The notes under the pieces were generated by a model that searched no databases, had not been told where the DNA came from, and saw nothing but the letters and a program-made list of their open reading frames with translations. From Methanothrix sp. (GTDB taxonomy: Archaea > Halobacteriota > Methanosarcinia > Methanotrichales > Methanotrichaceae): 39,971 nt of DNA. The translations under genes were made by a program, and so were the position numbers. Where the stretch lies: the NCBI GenBank assembly GCA_040770465.1, contig JAXGJB010000024.1:1-39971 (forward strand), given 5' to 3'. The number at the start of each line of letters is the position of its first letter. Positions within the stretch are counted from its first letter, which is position 1. This document shows, one piece after another, positions 9,438-18,951 of this stretch.

Positions 9438-10079
9438 TCATAGAACGCTCCGCGCAAACCGGAGGCTCGCCTGGATCTGGCGGCCCACGTCTCCGCTGAC
9501 GATCTCCATGTGGCCTGGGTAGAGGACCTCGACCTCCAGCTTCGTCAGCCTCTCGATGGAACGGATCAGGTCCTCGTTGCAGCCAGCGAATAGGTCGGTC
9601 CGCCCGATGTTCCCCTGGGGGAAGACGGTGTCCCCGGAGAAGAGGACCTTCGCCCTCGGCTCGTATAGGCAGATCCCGCCCGGCGAGTGGCCAGGCGTGT
9701 GCATCACCTCCAGCTTCCATTCACCAAGGTCGATCTTGTCCCCCTCTTTCAAGGTTCCGTCCGCATCGATCTCCGGGGCCGAGAGGCCGAAGAGGTAGGC
9801 GACCGTCGCCATGTCGTCGCCGAGAGAGCCCGCCTCATCCTCGTGGATCAGAACCCTCGCCCCCGTCGCCTCCTTAAGAAGGGGCACACCGCCGGAGTGG
9901 TCGTGATGGCTGTGGGTGAGGATGATCATCTCGATCTTTTGGGGGTCGATGTACTTTTGGATCTTTCGGAGCGTCGGCTCCGGGTCCATCCCCGCATCGA
10001 TGAGGACCGGGACCTCATCGAGGATCAGGTAGACGTTGCCGTCGAAGGGCGAGCCTGAGACCTTGTGCACTTCCACCAT
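9438..10079 (-). CDS. Metallo-beta-lactamase fold hydrolase (glyoxalase II-like), paralog 1
   Basis: THSHHDHSGG, HTPGHSPGG, FSGDTVF, LYPGH motifs. Confidence 0.92.
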   Translation of the reverse strand: MVEVHKVSGSPFDGNVYLILDEVPVLIDAGMDPEPTLRKIQKYIDPQKIEMIILTHSHHDHSGGVPLLKEATGARVLIHEDEAGSLGDDMATVAYLFGLSAPEIDADGTLKEGDKIDLGEWKLEVMHTPGHSPGGICLYEPRAKVLFSGDTVFPQGNIGRTDLFAGCNEDLIRSIERLTKLEVEVLYPGHMEIVSGDVGRQIQASLRFARSVL

Positions 10080-10156
10080 TCCAACACCTGACCCGGAGGA
10101 TGGGCTCCACCGATATATCTGTTTGGCAGCGGGTTTGCTGGAGGGAGGACGGCTCG

Positions 10157-10420
10157 ATGGCGATCCCCGTCTCGCCCGAGACGCCCGAGGTCGCCGAAGG
10201 CAAGGCGGCGGTGGAGTTGTTGCCAGAGGCAGAGGTGGCGTATCTCACGGTAAAGGGGCCCTACACCAACCTCGAAGACGCCTACACCCAGCTCTACGGC
10301 TGGATATTCGAGAAGGGGTACAGGCCCACGGACGCCGCCCGAGAGGTCTACGTCCGGTGGAGCGAATCGATGCCGCCGGAGGAGCAGGTGACGGAGATAC
10401 AGGTGCCTGTGGGGAGTTAG
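10157..10420 (+). pseudogene. 5'-truncated GyrI-like small-molecule-binding domain
   Basis: LPEAEVAYLTVKGPYTNLEDAYTQLYGWIFEKGY...REVY...TEIQVPV is the C-terminal half of a GyrI-like domain. There is no room for the N-terminal half before the divergent MBL gene's upstream region. Confidence 0.6.
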
Positions 10421-10475
10421 AGAAAGGGAGGGGGTGGTGCTGCGGCGACGATCTTATCGTCTCCTTCTTGACGGG

Positions 10476-11090
10476 CTATCCCCGCCACCGCGGCACCACC
10501 CGCCCCGTCCTCTCAGCGTACCGCCGATACTCATCGCCGAATTGATCGAGCATCATCTCCTCCTCCCTCGGGATCCGGACAACGTAAAGGGGAATGGAAG
10601 CCACCAGAAAAGCGGGGCCAGCGATCCAGTTCTGAAGGAGGAGAAGCTGAGCTGCGGCCCATAAAAGGTGGGCCGCTTACATCGGGTGGCGGACCCGCTC
10701 GTAGACGCCGGTGGTCACAAGCCTGTGGTCCTTCCTGATCTGGAGACCCGGCGAGAAGCTCTCGGCGAGGTCGGCGTGCGACCGCCACAAAAGCCAGAGG
10801 GCCTGGAGGAAGAGGGCGGCCCCGAGAGATCCAGCCACGAGGCTTGCGGTGGGCGGGAGGGTGTAGTCCGCAAAGTCGAGCTTCGTTGTGAAGAGGTAGA
10901 GGAAGGGGACGACGATCATGCCCGCGGTGGTCAGGAGCATCAGCGGCCTGTCCTGCGTTTTCTCCCGGTCCTCTTCGATCTTTCCCCGATCTCGCCACCA
11001 GTTAGGCGTCCTTTTCAGCCAGTATGCGCGTATAAGAGAGGCCGCTACAAACCCGATCAGGTAGGCGAGATCGAAGACGTCGTCGAGCAT
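10476..11090 (-). pseudogene. Isoprenylcysteine carboxyl methyltransferase (ICMT/PEMT) family membrane protein with in-frame TAA
   Basis: HRLVTTGVYERVRHPM* (TAA at 10677-10679 replaces the Tyr of RHPMY); the same frame continues AAHLLWAAAQLLLLQNWIAG...RIPREEEMMLDQFGDEYRRYAERTGRVVPRWRG* to 10476. Confidence 0.85.
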
Positions 11091-11172
11091 GATGGCCCAT
11101 ACTCAGTCGGAGGAAAAATAGGCGGCGGTCTGGGGCCGCTCGATCCGCGATCTATCCGACCCCCACCGACGA

Positions 11173-11820
11173 TCAGTGGATCGTCCTCGCAAACTCCAGG
11201 CTCGTCTTGATCTGCTCGTTGACGTTCTCGTCCGTCGGCTCCATGTGGCCGGGGTAGAGGACCAGAACGTCCAGGGCCGCCAGCCGCTCCACCGATTTTA
11301 CCAGCTCCTTCACCGCCTCGCCGGATCTGCGGGTCCTCCCGATGTTCCCGTGGGGGAGGAGGGTGTCTCCGGAGAAGAGCGCCTTCGCCCTCGGCTCGTA
11401 TAAAGAGATGGAACCCGGCGAGTGTCCCGGCGTTCCCAGGACCGAGAGGCTCCACTCACCGAGGTTTATGACGTCCCCTTCCTCCAGGGTCCCGTCAACC
11501 CCGAACTCCGCGGGGTCCTCCTCGTAGAGGTAGGAGCCGGTGGCGACGTCGTCGCCGATCTCGCAGACCTCCCCCTCGCCGATCAGGACCTTCGCCCCCG
11601 TCGCCTCCTTGATGGCCGGGACCCCTGCGGTGTGGTCGTGGTGACAGTGGGTCAGGATGATGAACTCGATCTTCCTGGGATCGATGAGTTCCTCGACGTT
11701 CTTGAGGATCGCCTCAGCGTCCCTCCCCGCATCGATGAGAGCCGGCACCTCGTCTATGATGAGATAGACGTTCCCCTCGTGGACGGGGCCGCCGCCGTTA
11801 ACCTTATGCACCTTCACCAA
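11173..11820 (-). CDS. Metallo-beta-lactamase fold hydrolase, paralog 2
   Basis: THCHHDHTAG, GTPGHSPGS, FSGDTLL, LYPGH. The TTG start at 11820 aligns with paralog 1 (MVKVHKV vs MVEVHKV) and follows GGGTGA. Confidence 0.9.
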   Translation of the reverse strand: MVKVHKVNGGGPVHEGNVYLIIDEVPALIDAGRDAEAILKNVEELIDPRKIEFIILTHCHHDHTAGVPAIKEATGAKVLIGEGEVCEIGDDVATGSYLYEEDPAEFGVDGTLEEGDVINLGEWSLSVLGTPGHSPGSISLYEPRAKALFSGDTLLPHGNIGRTRRSGEAVKELVKSVERLAALDVLVLYPGHMEPTDENVNEQIKTSLEFARTIH

Positions 11821-11876
11821 ACAAATCACCCAATAAGATAAGTGTAATTCCATCAATATATTAGTTAGTTGGTATC

Positions 11877-13205
11877 ATGACTTTGATCGAAGACGCTAAA
11901 AAGGGAAAGACACCCCCCGAGATCGAGACCGTCGCCCGGAAGGAGGGGGTCGACCCCGATAAGCTTCTCCGCCTCCTGGCCCGGGGCCGGGTTGTTATAC
12001 CGCGAAACGCCCGCCGAGAGATTGACCCCATCGGGGTCGGCGAGACCCTCACCACCAAGGTGAACCTCAATTTGGGGTCGTCACGCGGCGTCGCCGACCC
12101 CGAGGCCGAGGTGGAGAAGGCCGTGGTGGCGATGGAGGCGGGGGCAGATACCGTGATGGACCTCTCGACGGGCGGCGACCTGGACCTGATCAGGCGAAAG
12201 GTCCTCGACGCGGTCGGAATTCCCGTCGGCACAGTCCCCATATACCAGGCCGAGGTGGGGGGGAAGCTGACGAGCCAGGGGCTCTTCGACGCCCTCGAAC
12301 GGCAGGCGAAGGACGGCGTCGACTTCGTCACCGTCCACGTCGGCGTCAACCTGAACTCTTTCGAGCGGCTGAAGAATAGCCACCGGATAATGGGCGTCGT
12401 CAGCAGAGGCGGTTCTCTCACCCTCAAGTACATGAGCGAGACCGGGGAGGATAACCCCTACTACGCTGAGTACGACCACCTTCTGGACATAGCCCGTGAG
12501 CACGAGCTGACTTTGAGCCTCGGCGACGGCCTCCGCCCCGGCTGCATCGACGACGCCAGCGACCGGGCGAAGTACATGGAGTTCATAATGCTCGGCGAGC
12601 TCGTCGACCGGGCGAGGAAGGCCGGCGTCCAGGCGATGGTGGAGGGGCCCGGCCACGTCCCCGCCGACGAGATCGAGACGAGCGTCAAGGCGATGAAGTA
12701 CGTCACCGATGGAGCGCCCCTATACCTTCTGGGGCCGATCGTCACCGATGTCGCTCCCGGCTACGACCACATCACCGCCGCCATCGGCGGGACGATTGCC
12801 GGGATGAACGGCGCCGACTTCCTCTGCGCCACCACCCCCAGCGAGCACCTGGACCTCCCGACGAAAGAGGACATCTTCGAGGGGACGATAGTCACCAGGA
12901 TCGCCGCCCACGCCGCGGACCTGGCGAAGGCTGGGGTGAAAGACCGGGCCCGCCTCTGGGACCACAAAATGGCCGTCGCGCGGAGGGACCTCGACTGGCC
13001 TGCCCAGTTCGACATCGCCATAAACCCCGACATCGCAAGGCAGATCCGCCATCGGCGAGGGGTAGACGTCGACACCTGCACCATGTGCAACGAGCTATGC
13101 GCCATCAGGCTTGCCCGAGAGGCGATGGAGCGGGAGGAAGTGAAGGCAAAGACGACGAAGACGAAAAAGGCGGCGGGAAATAAAGAGGGCCGAAGTCAGA
13201 ACTGA
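11877..13205 (+). CDS. thiC: ThiC-family radical SAM enzyme (phosphomethylpyrimidine synthase or BzaF-like paralog)
   Basis: [58 protein letters not shown]-terminal CTMCNELC. Confidence 0.85.
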   Translation: MTLIEDAKKGKTPPEIETVARKEGVDPDKLLRLLARGRVVIPRNARREIDPIGVGETLTTKVNLNLGSSRGVADPEAEVEKAVVAMEAGADTVMDLSTGGDLDLIRRKVLDAVGIPVGTVPIYQAEVGGKLTSQGLFDALERQAKDGVDFVTVHVGVNLNSFERLKNSHRIMGVVSRGGSLTLKYMSETGEDNPYYAEYDHLLDIAREHELTLSLGDGLRPGCIDDASDRAKYMEFIMLGELVDRARKAGVQAMVEGPGHVPADEIETSVKAMKYVTDGAPLYLLGPIVTDVAPGYDHITAAIGGTIAGMNGADFLCATTPSEHLDLPTKEDIFEGTIVTRIAAHAADLAKAGVKDRARLWDHKMAVARRDLDWPAQFDIAINPDIARQIRHRRGVDVDTCTMCNELCAIRLAREAMEREEVKAKTTKTKKAAGNKEGRSQN

Positions 13206-13223
13206 ATCCCTCGATACGGGGCT

Positions 13224-13826
13224 TCAGGTGCACTGCCCCAGCCCCTTCTCCACCACCTCGCCCCCCGGCGCCACCTCGGCGAAGACCTGACCCTCGAAGA
13301 AGAGAACCTCCGTCTCCTCATCGATCCACGAATCGGGGGGGAGGCCCGCCTTGATACAGGTCTGACAGAGGAAGTCTGCAGGCTCGAACCCCCACTCCGT
13401 CGCCACCTGGGGGAGGAGGAGCCCCGACCACATCCCCCTCCTAACGATGAGGCCGTGCTCCCCGATCTTGACGGCCCCGGGAAGATCACGGTTCCTCACG
13501 TCGTAAGGCCTCGGGGGCGTCAGGACCGTCACCTCGATCTCGATTCGGGGAAGCTCTTCAGTCCTCACTCTCGGGAACCGGGGGTCGTTTGCTCCGGCGT
13601 TGATCACCGAGTCGATTATCGCCCGCCCAAGCTCCATCACCGGCTCCGGATAGCCGATACACCCCCGAAGATCGCCGTCCTCGTGAAGGGTCACAAAGAC
13701 CCCGGCCTTCTCGCCGAAGGCGGGGGGAAGATCCTCCGGCTTTATCCTCTCCCTCCGATCGATGTAAGCCGTCAGGGCCTCTCTTGCCAGGGCGACGGCC
13801 CGCCTCCCCTCGTCGATGTCGAGCAT
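13224..13826 (-). CDS. AMMECR1 domain protein (TIGR00296-like)
   Basis: GVFVTL, LRGCIG, DPRF, IEVTVLT, GLLLPQVA, FLCQTCIKAGL. Likely start is ATG 13826 (MLDIDEG), not 13922. Confidence 0.92.
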   Translation of the reverse strand: MLDIDEGRRAVALAREALTAYIDRRERIKPEDLPPAFGEKAGVFVTLHEDGDLRGCIGYPEPVMELGRAIIDSVINAGANDPRFPRVRTEELPRIEIEVTVLTPPRPYDVRNRDLPGAVKIGEHGLIVRRGMWSGLLLPQVATEWGFEPADFLCQTCIKAGLPPDSWIDEETEVLFFEGQVFAEVAPGGEVVEKGLGQCT

Positions 13827-13860
13827 GAAGGAATGGTTTTGACTGCCGGATACTAAAAAG

Positions 13861-13896
13861 TTGTGAGCTATAGCGGATTTGTGAGCTATAGCGGAT
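13861..13896. repeat. 18-bp perfect tandem duplication TTGTGAGCTATAGCGGAT x2
   Basis: Read directly. Each unit contains the palindrome GCTATAGC; it lies in the divergent AMMECR1/rubrerythrin intergenic region. Confidence 0.9.
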
Positions 13897-14029
13897 ATTC
13901 CAATGACCGACGAGGCCGCCATCCCATTCCACCGGTGAGCTTTCGATCAACGTCCTATTGATGAGCTTGATGCTCATCCCATGGGGCCCCCACACCCTTT
14001 TTATCAAATCAGTTTGATATACTCCCCTC

Positions 14030-14530
14030 ATGTCCAAGTCAGAAGATTGCCTCAATGAGGCCTTCGCCGGGGAGTCTCAGGCAAACCGAAAGTACCTCGC
14101 CTTCGCCGAGAAGGCGGACCAGGAGGGCTACCCACAGGCTGCAAGGCTCTTTCGCGCCGCAGCCGAGGCCGAGACGGTCCATGCCATGAATCATCTGAAA
14201 GCGATGAAAGCCGTCAAATCCACCAAAGAGAACCTGAGGGAGGCGATCGCGGGAGAGACCCAGGAGTTCAAGGAGATGTACCCGACGATGATCGACGCCG
14301 CCAAAGCCGAAGGGGACAAGGCCGCAGAGAGGAGCTTCCGATACGCCAAAGACGTAGAGGAGATCCACGCCGGCCTCTACCACGATATGATGGAGAACCT
14401 GGAGGCGAAGAAGGACGAGATCTACCCATATTACGTCTGTCCGGTCTGCGGCATGACCGCAGAGAGGGAGCCGCCGGAGAAGTGCCCGGTCTGTGGGGTC
14501 AAGGGGGAGAAGTTCAAGAGGGTAGACTGA
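14030..14530 (+). CDS. Rubrerythrin
   Basis: AFAGESQANRKY, EAETVHA, GETQE, VEEIHA diiron motifs; C-terminal rubredoxin-like CPVCG...CPVCG. Confidence 0.95.
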   Translation: MSKSEDCLNEAFAGESQANRKYLAFAEKADQEGYPQAARLFRAAAEAETVHAMNHLKAMKAVKSTKENLREAIAGETQEFKEMYPTMIDAAKAEGDKAAERSFRYAKDVEEIHAGLYHDMMENLEAKKDEIYPYYVCPVCGMTAEREPPEKCPVCGVKGEKFKRVD

Positions 14531-14566
14531 AAAACGAGGCGCCGAAGCCGAATGGGGCCTTCAAGA

Positions 14567-15535
14567 TCAGAGACCGGATAGGTGGCGATCGAGCATCTCT
14601 AAGAGCCGCCAGGAGAGGAGGATCTGGGCCATCCCAGTGGAGCTGACGCGATCGTCTCCGGACCGGTCGCAGATCGGCGATGTCGAACCCGAGAGGCTGC
14701 AGAGCTTCTCTTCGAGCCCCTCGATCATGGTCCGATGAAGCTCGCCGTCGACGGTCAGAACGCTCACCGGTTTGCCGTAGTAGTCGTCCCGCTGAAAGGA
14801 GATGGAGAACTCGCTCTCGGCGAGCCGGAACAGGGAGGACAGGTCGATGGTGAGGTCCACCTCCGAAGGAGAGGCCTCCATCACCTCCTGGATCAGCCTC
14901 ACCGAGTACCTTTCGGGGGGCGTCTCCATATCGAAGGGCGGAGGAAGCCTCGAGTCCTCGATCTTGACGACGGCGTCGGCGTAGATCTTCTGGACGTCGA
15001 CGTAGAGCTTGTAGTCCGGCTCCCGCTCAAGAATCTCTTTTTTTACCGCTTCTCTTTCATAATGCCGGTCGACGCAGTCCCTCTTGATCTTCCACCGCCT
15101 CTTGACGGCTCGGCTTGGGTCGACGAAGATCTTGAAGTCCGTCTCGCGCTGGAGATCAGGGGTGTAGAAGGGATGAAGCCCCTCGATGATCAGGACCGGC
15201 GCCGACCTGAAGGGGACCGGCCCTTTAATCGTTCCATTGGAGTGGTCGTAGACGGGCTTTTTGATCTCCTCCCCCCTCCGCAAGGACCCGAGGTGCTCGG
15301 CCAGGAGGTCGAGGTGGTTTGCCTCCGGGTTCAGGGGGGTTATCCTCCGTACCCACCTCTCCTGGCGGTCTAGGCTGTGGTAGTCGTCCAAGCTGAAGGT
15401 GGAGATGAGGTCGTCTCCGAGGAGCCTTCTGATCCCCCGGGATAGAGTCGTTTTGCCCGAACCGCTGTCTCCTGCCACCGCCACCACGAAGACCCGACCC
15501 GACGACCTCAGCCGATCTTGCAGGCTGGCCGTCAC
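14567..15535 (-). CDS. prk: Phosphoribulokinase (archaeal PRK/uridine kinase family)
   Basis: VAGDSGSGKTT, LDDYHSLDR, ITPLNPEAN, KPVYDHSNG, IEGLHP, KIKRD, YVDVQK: PRK motifs. Confidence 0.82.
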   Translation of the reverse strand: MTASLQDRLRSSGRVFVVAVAGDSGSGKTTLSRGIRRLLGDDLISTFSLDDYHSLDRQERWVRRITPLNPEANHLDLLAEHLGSLRRGEEIKKPVYDHSNGTIKGPVPFRSAPVLIIEGLHPFYTPDLQRETDFKIFVDPSRAVKRRWKIKRDCVDRHYEREAVKKEILEREPDYKLYVDVQKIYADAVVKIEDSRLPPPFDMETPPERYSVRLIQEVMEASPSEVDLTIDLSSLFRLAESEFSISFQRDDYYGKPVSVLTVDGELHRTMIEGLEEKLCSLSGSTSPICDRSGDDRVSSTGMAQILLSWRLLEMLDRHLSGL

Positions 15536-15605
15536 AAAGATCTCCCCGGCGAAAAAGTCCTCAGGGAAAAAGTCCTCTGCGACCGAGAATAGGTTAGAGT
15601 GCAGA

Positions 15606-16535
15606 TCATCGGTCCTGCTTCTCCGACATCAGGTCTGCAAACTCGCTGGTCTTGTCGATGCTCTCCAGCTCCCGGCTCTCGATGACCGCCGTCTCCTCGA
15701 CCCTCTCGACCTTCGTCTCGCCGTCGACGATCACCGCCGAGAAGGTCCTGGTGACGATCGAGAGGCTGCTCATCAGCCTCGCCTTCTTGAGCAAAGTCGA
15801 TGAGAACTTCCCGAGGCCTGTGAGGACCACCATATCCTCCTTCTGGGTGATGGCGTTGAAAGGGGACTGGGCTGTGGGGAAGACGTCGAAGCCGATCGAG
15901 GCGAGGTGTCGAAGAACCTTGTCATCGATCGTCTCCACCTCTTCTGCTACAGGTTTTTTGGGATCCAGGATCTCGACGGGCTTTATCAGCTCCTGGCCGA
16001 AGAGCTCCTCAAGCCTGAGGGCGACGTCGATGGTGGTATCCATGCTCTCGATCTCGTACTTGCTGACCGTCCGACGAGAGACGGACAGCTCCGAGGCGAG
16101 GGCGCCGAGGGATATGCCGCTCTCAAGCCGGAGCTTTCTCAAGAGATGGCCGTCGATCTTGACGTAGAGCCCCCCGTGGGCGGCATAGACCAGGGGTGGG
16201 ACGTCGTCGACGATCCAGTCTGAGAGGGTGGTGAAGCTGACGGTGGGAACCCCGTACCTGAAGTAGACGACGCCGCCCTCGAGGCCGTGGTCCCTCGTCT
16301 TCTCACCGATAAGAAGGGGGTTTCCAGAAAGGTATTTAGCCAGGCGGCGAATCTCCACCGCGGTCTTCTCATTGAGACCGTCGATGTTTGAGAGGATCTT
16401 GAGAATAAGGAGGACGCCGCCTCGCCTCGCCGCCAGATCGAAACTTCTCGGCCTCACGTAACACCGGTCGGAGACGGAAAAGCCCGACCTCACCAGGAGA
16501 CCTGAGACCCGATCGGTCAGAAACTCCTTATTCAT
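15606..16535 (-). CDS. Archaeal HTH (XRE-like) transcriptional regulator, conserved neighbour of tiaS
   Basis: SFDLAARR...LKILSNID N-terminal domain, AHGGLYVKIDG, LGALASELSVSRRTVSKYE helix-turn-helix. Confidence 0.85.
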   Translation of the reverse strand: MNKEFLTDRVSGLLVRSGFSVSDRCYVRPRSFDLAARRGGVLLILKILSNIDGLNEKTAVEIRRLAKYLSGNPLLIGEKTRDHGLEGGVVYFRYGVPTVSFTTLSDWIVDDVPPLVYAAHGGLYVKIDGHLLRKLRLESGISLGALASELSVSRRTVSKYEIESMDTTIDVALRLEELFGQELIKPVEILDPKKPVAEEVETIDDKVLRHLASIGFDVFPTAQSPFNAITQKEDMVVLTGLGKFSSTLLKKARLMSSLSIVTRTFSAVIVDGETKVERVEETAVIESRELESIDKTSEFADLMSEKQDR

Positions 16536-16579
16536 CGTTATATATGTTTGGGCTCAGCCGTTATTTAAGGTTCACCATC

Positions 16580-17839
16580 ATGATCACCATAGGCGTAGAC
16601 GATACCGATTCAGAAGAGGGGCTCTGCACCACCTACCTCGCGGCGGTGATGATGGAGAAGCTCAAACGCCTCGGCGAGATCAGAGGCCTCCCAAAGCTTG
16701 TGAGGCTCAACCCATGCGTCCAGTTCAAGACCCGGGGTAACGCAGCCATCGCCTTCTCCCTGGAGACAAAACGGCCTATCGAGGCGGAAGAGGTCGCCCT
16801 GGAGACCCTGATGGAGCTATCCGACTTCTCGGGCCCCAAGACCAACCCCGGCCTGGTGGTGGCAGAAGAAGAGGTGCCGGCGGAGCTTTCAACCTTCTAC
16901 AGAAGGGCCCTATCCGAGGTTTTGGAGGTGAAAGAGGCCGAAGAGATCATCGAAAAGTACGGACTCTGGTCCCGTTCATTCAAAAACGGGCAGGGGCTCA
17001 TCGGGGCCCTTGCGGCGATCGGGGCCGAGTTTCCGGACTGCACATACGAGCTTCTCGCCTATCGGCGGCCCGAACGGTGGGGCACCCCCCGGGAGATCGA
17101 CGAGGAGTCGGTCTGGATGGCAGACGAACTTACCTACCCCGGAACCTGGGACACCGTCGACCACCACAACAGAAAGGTGGTCTTCGCCCCCCACTCAAAA
17201 GACCCCGTCCTCTTCGGGATCCGGGGCGAGGACCCGGAGCCACTCCGGTCGGCTCTGAAGACGATCAGGTCTGAGCCTCCCGAGAGGATCGTCATCTACA
17301 GGACAAACCAGGGGACGGACGCCCACATCAACCGCAGCGAGATCGACGGCGTCGCCGAGGACAGAAGCTACCGCCTCCGGGGCGTGGTGGCGAAAGAGGC
17401 AGAGGCGATCGAAGGGGGGCACCTCTTCTTCCCCCTGGCCTCTGAAGACGGAAAGGGCGCCATCGACTGCGCCGCCTTCGAGCCGACGAAGAACTTCCGG
17501 GATCGAGTTAGGGCCCTTGTCCCCGGAGATACCATCGAGGTCTACGGAGCCGTCAAGAAGAGGACCCTCAACATCGAGAAGATGGAGGTCGTCCGCCTGG
17601 CCGAGAGAAAGGCCCAGACGGCGCCCCTCTGCCCCTCCTGCGGACGGCGGATGAAGTCGGCGGGGCGGGGGCAGGGTTATCGGTGCAGGAGATGTGGCAC
17701 CAAAGCCGAGGGGAAGGTGTTGGCCGCGATCCCGCGAGAGATCGAAGAGGGGTTCTACGAAGTTCCGCCCTGCGCCAGAAGGCACCTCTCAAAACCCCTG
17801 GTCAGGATGATGGGCAGAAAGGTCCATCCGAGCAGGTAG
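16580..17839 (+). CDS. tiaS: tRNA(Ile2) 2-agmatinylcytidine synthetase
   Basis: IGVDDTDS...CTTY, LVRLNPCVQFKTRGN, GLIGALAAIG, PVLFGIRG, TNQGTDAH, OB fold, CPSCG...CRRC zinc ribbon, RRHLSKPL. The ATG at 16580 follows an AT-rich TATA-like stretch. Confidence 0.95.
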   Translation: MITIGVDDTDSEEGLCTTYLAAVMMEKLKRLGEIRGLPKLVRLNPCVQFKTRGNAAIAFSLETKRPIEAEEVALETLMELSDFSGPKTNPGLVVAEEEVPAELSTFYRRALSEVLEVKEAEEIIEKYGLWSRSFKNGQGLIGALAAIGAEFPDCTYELLAYRRPERWGTPREIDEESVWMADELTYPGTWDTVDHHNRKVVFAPHSKDPVLFGIRGEDPEPLRSALKTIRSEPPERIVIYRTNQGTDAHINRSEIDGVAEDRSYRLRGVVAKEAEAIEGGHLFFPLASEDGKGAIDCAAFEPTKNFRDRVRALVPGDTIEVYGAVKKRTLNIEKMEVVRLAERKAQTAPLCPSCGRRMKSAGRGQGYRCRRCGTKAEGKVLAAIPREIEEGFYEVPPCARRHLSKPLVRMMGRKVHPSR

Positions 17840-17867
17840 AAAATATAAAAATAGAAGAAGGCCGCCC

Positions 17868-18797
17868 TCACTTGAAGGCCGCTTCCAGCGGGGGGATGAC
17901 CTGCTTCTTCCTCGATAGGACGCCCTTCTTGTAGATGGAGCTGTTCTCGATCTTCCCATCGAAGGCCTTCTCGAACTTATCGACCGGGGTTCCCACGAAG
18001 AGGAGATCGCTCGCCTCCTTCATGACGTCGGTGAGCATGATCAGAACGAAGCTGAGACCCTCATCCTTCCGCACCTTCTCCATCTCGTCCAGGATCTCCT
18101 TCCTCCTGGGCGCGAGGACCGAGAGGTCCATGACCTCGATCTGGCCGACGCCGGCCTTCGTCCCTGCGAAGTCGAAGTGCTTGTAGTCGCCCTTGACGAT
18201 ATCCAGGGCCGTCTTCGTGGATATGTCGCTCTTGGCGGTGAGCATCGCAATCCCGTACGCCTCGTAGTCCTCGCCGATGATCTTGGCGAGCTTTGCCACC
18301 TGCTCCTTGTCCTTCTCGGTGCAGGTTGGGGACTTGAATAGGACGGTGTCGCTCAGGATCGCAGAGATCATCACGCCCGCCATCTCCTTGGTGATGGGGA
18401 CCTTGTACTGATCGTACATCGCCGAGATGATCGTCGCGGTGCTTCCGACGGGCTCGTTGTGGAAGAAGATGGGGCTTGCTGTCTGGACGTCGCCGATCTT
18501 GTGGTGATCTATGACCTCCATAAGGGTCGCCTCCTTGATGTTGTCCACCGCCTGGGCGACCTCGTTGTGATCGACGAGGACGATCTTCTTACCCTTGCCG
18601 TCGGTGATCGTCTCCGGCACCGGGACGCCGAAGTGATCGAGGACGAACTTGGTCTCGCTGTTGATCGTTCCTGCCGCCGCCGGGACGTATATTTCCGGCA
18701 GGTTCAGCTTGTTTTTCAGGTTCGCGTAGGAAATAGCCGCAGCTACTGAGTCAGTGTCTGGACTTTTGTGGCCAACCACGTAGACGTTATCAGCCAG
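17868..18797 (-). CDS. ppaC: Manganese-dependent (family II, DHH) inorganic pyrophosphatase; probable CTG start at 18797
   Basis: GHKSPDTDS, LVDHNE, IDHH, PVGSTATI, ILSDTVLFKSPT, SRKKQVIP. The track's GTG (18806) is part of the SD GGAGGTG. Confidence 0.93.
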   Translation of the reverse strand: MADNVYVVGHKSPDTDSVAAAISYANLKNKLNLPEIYVPAAAGTINSETKFVLDHFGVPVPETITDGKGKKIVLVDHNEVAQAVDNIKEATLMEVIDHHKIGDVQTASPIFFHNEPVGSTATIISAMYDQYKVPITKEMAGVMISAILSDTVLFKSPTCTEKDKEQVAKLAKIIGEDYEAYGIAMLTAKSDISTKTALDIVKGDYKHFDFAGTKAGVGQIEVMDLSVLAPRRKEILDEMEKVRKDEGLSFVLIMLTDVMKEASDLLFVGTPVDKFEKAFDGKIENSSIYKKGVLSRKKQVIPPLEAAFK

Positions 18798-18920
18798 ATG
18801 AAACACCTCCGAAGATAATCAACGCGCGACTTCGACTTAAACCTTTGCTACGCGGCGTTTATGGCCGAAATTATATTTGGATCCAGCCGGCAAGATGGGA
18901 CGAAACGATGCTGACAGGCA

Positions 18921-18930
18921 TATTTATATA
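18921..18930 (+). promoter_or_regulatory. TATA box for the putative ncRNA
   Basis: TATTTATATA about 22-30 nt upstream of the first hairpin stem. Confidence 0.6.
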
Positions 18931-18951
18931 GTACTTCGCTTATGGAGTGAA

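Noticed and set aside
10677-10679. Stop-codon recoding (Pyl/Sec) in the ICMT gene
   Set aside because: The codon is TAA and the family residue is Tyr; a nonsense mutation or sequencing error is simpler.
13827-13922. N-terminal extension of the AMMECR1 protein with a SAIAH repeat
   Set aside because: It is simply the translation of the intergenic 18-bp duplication.
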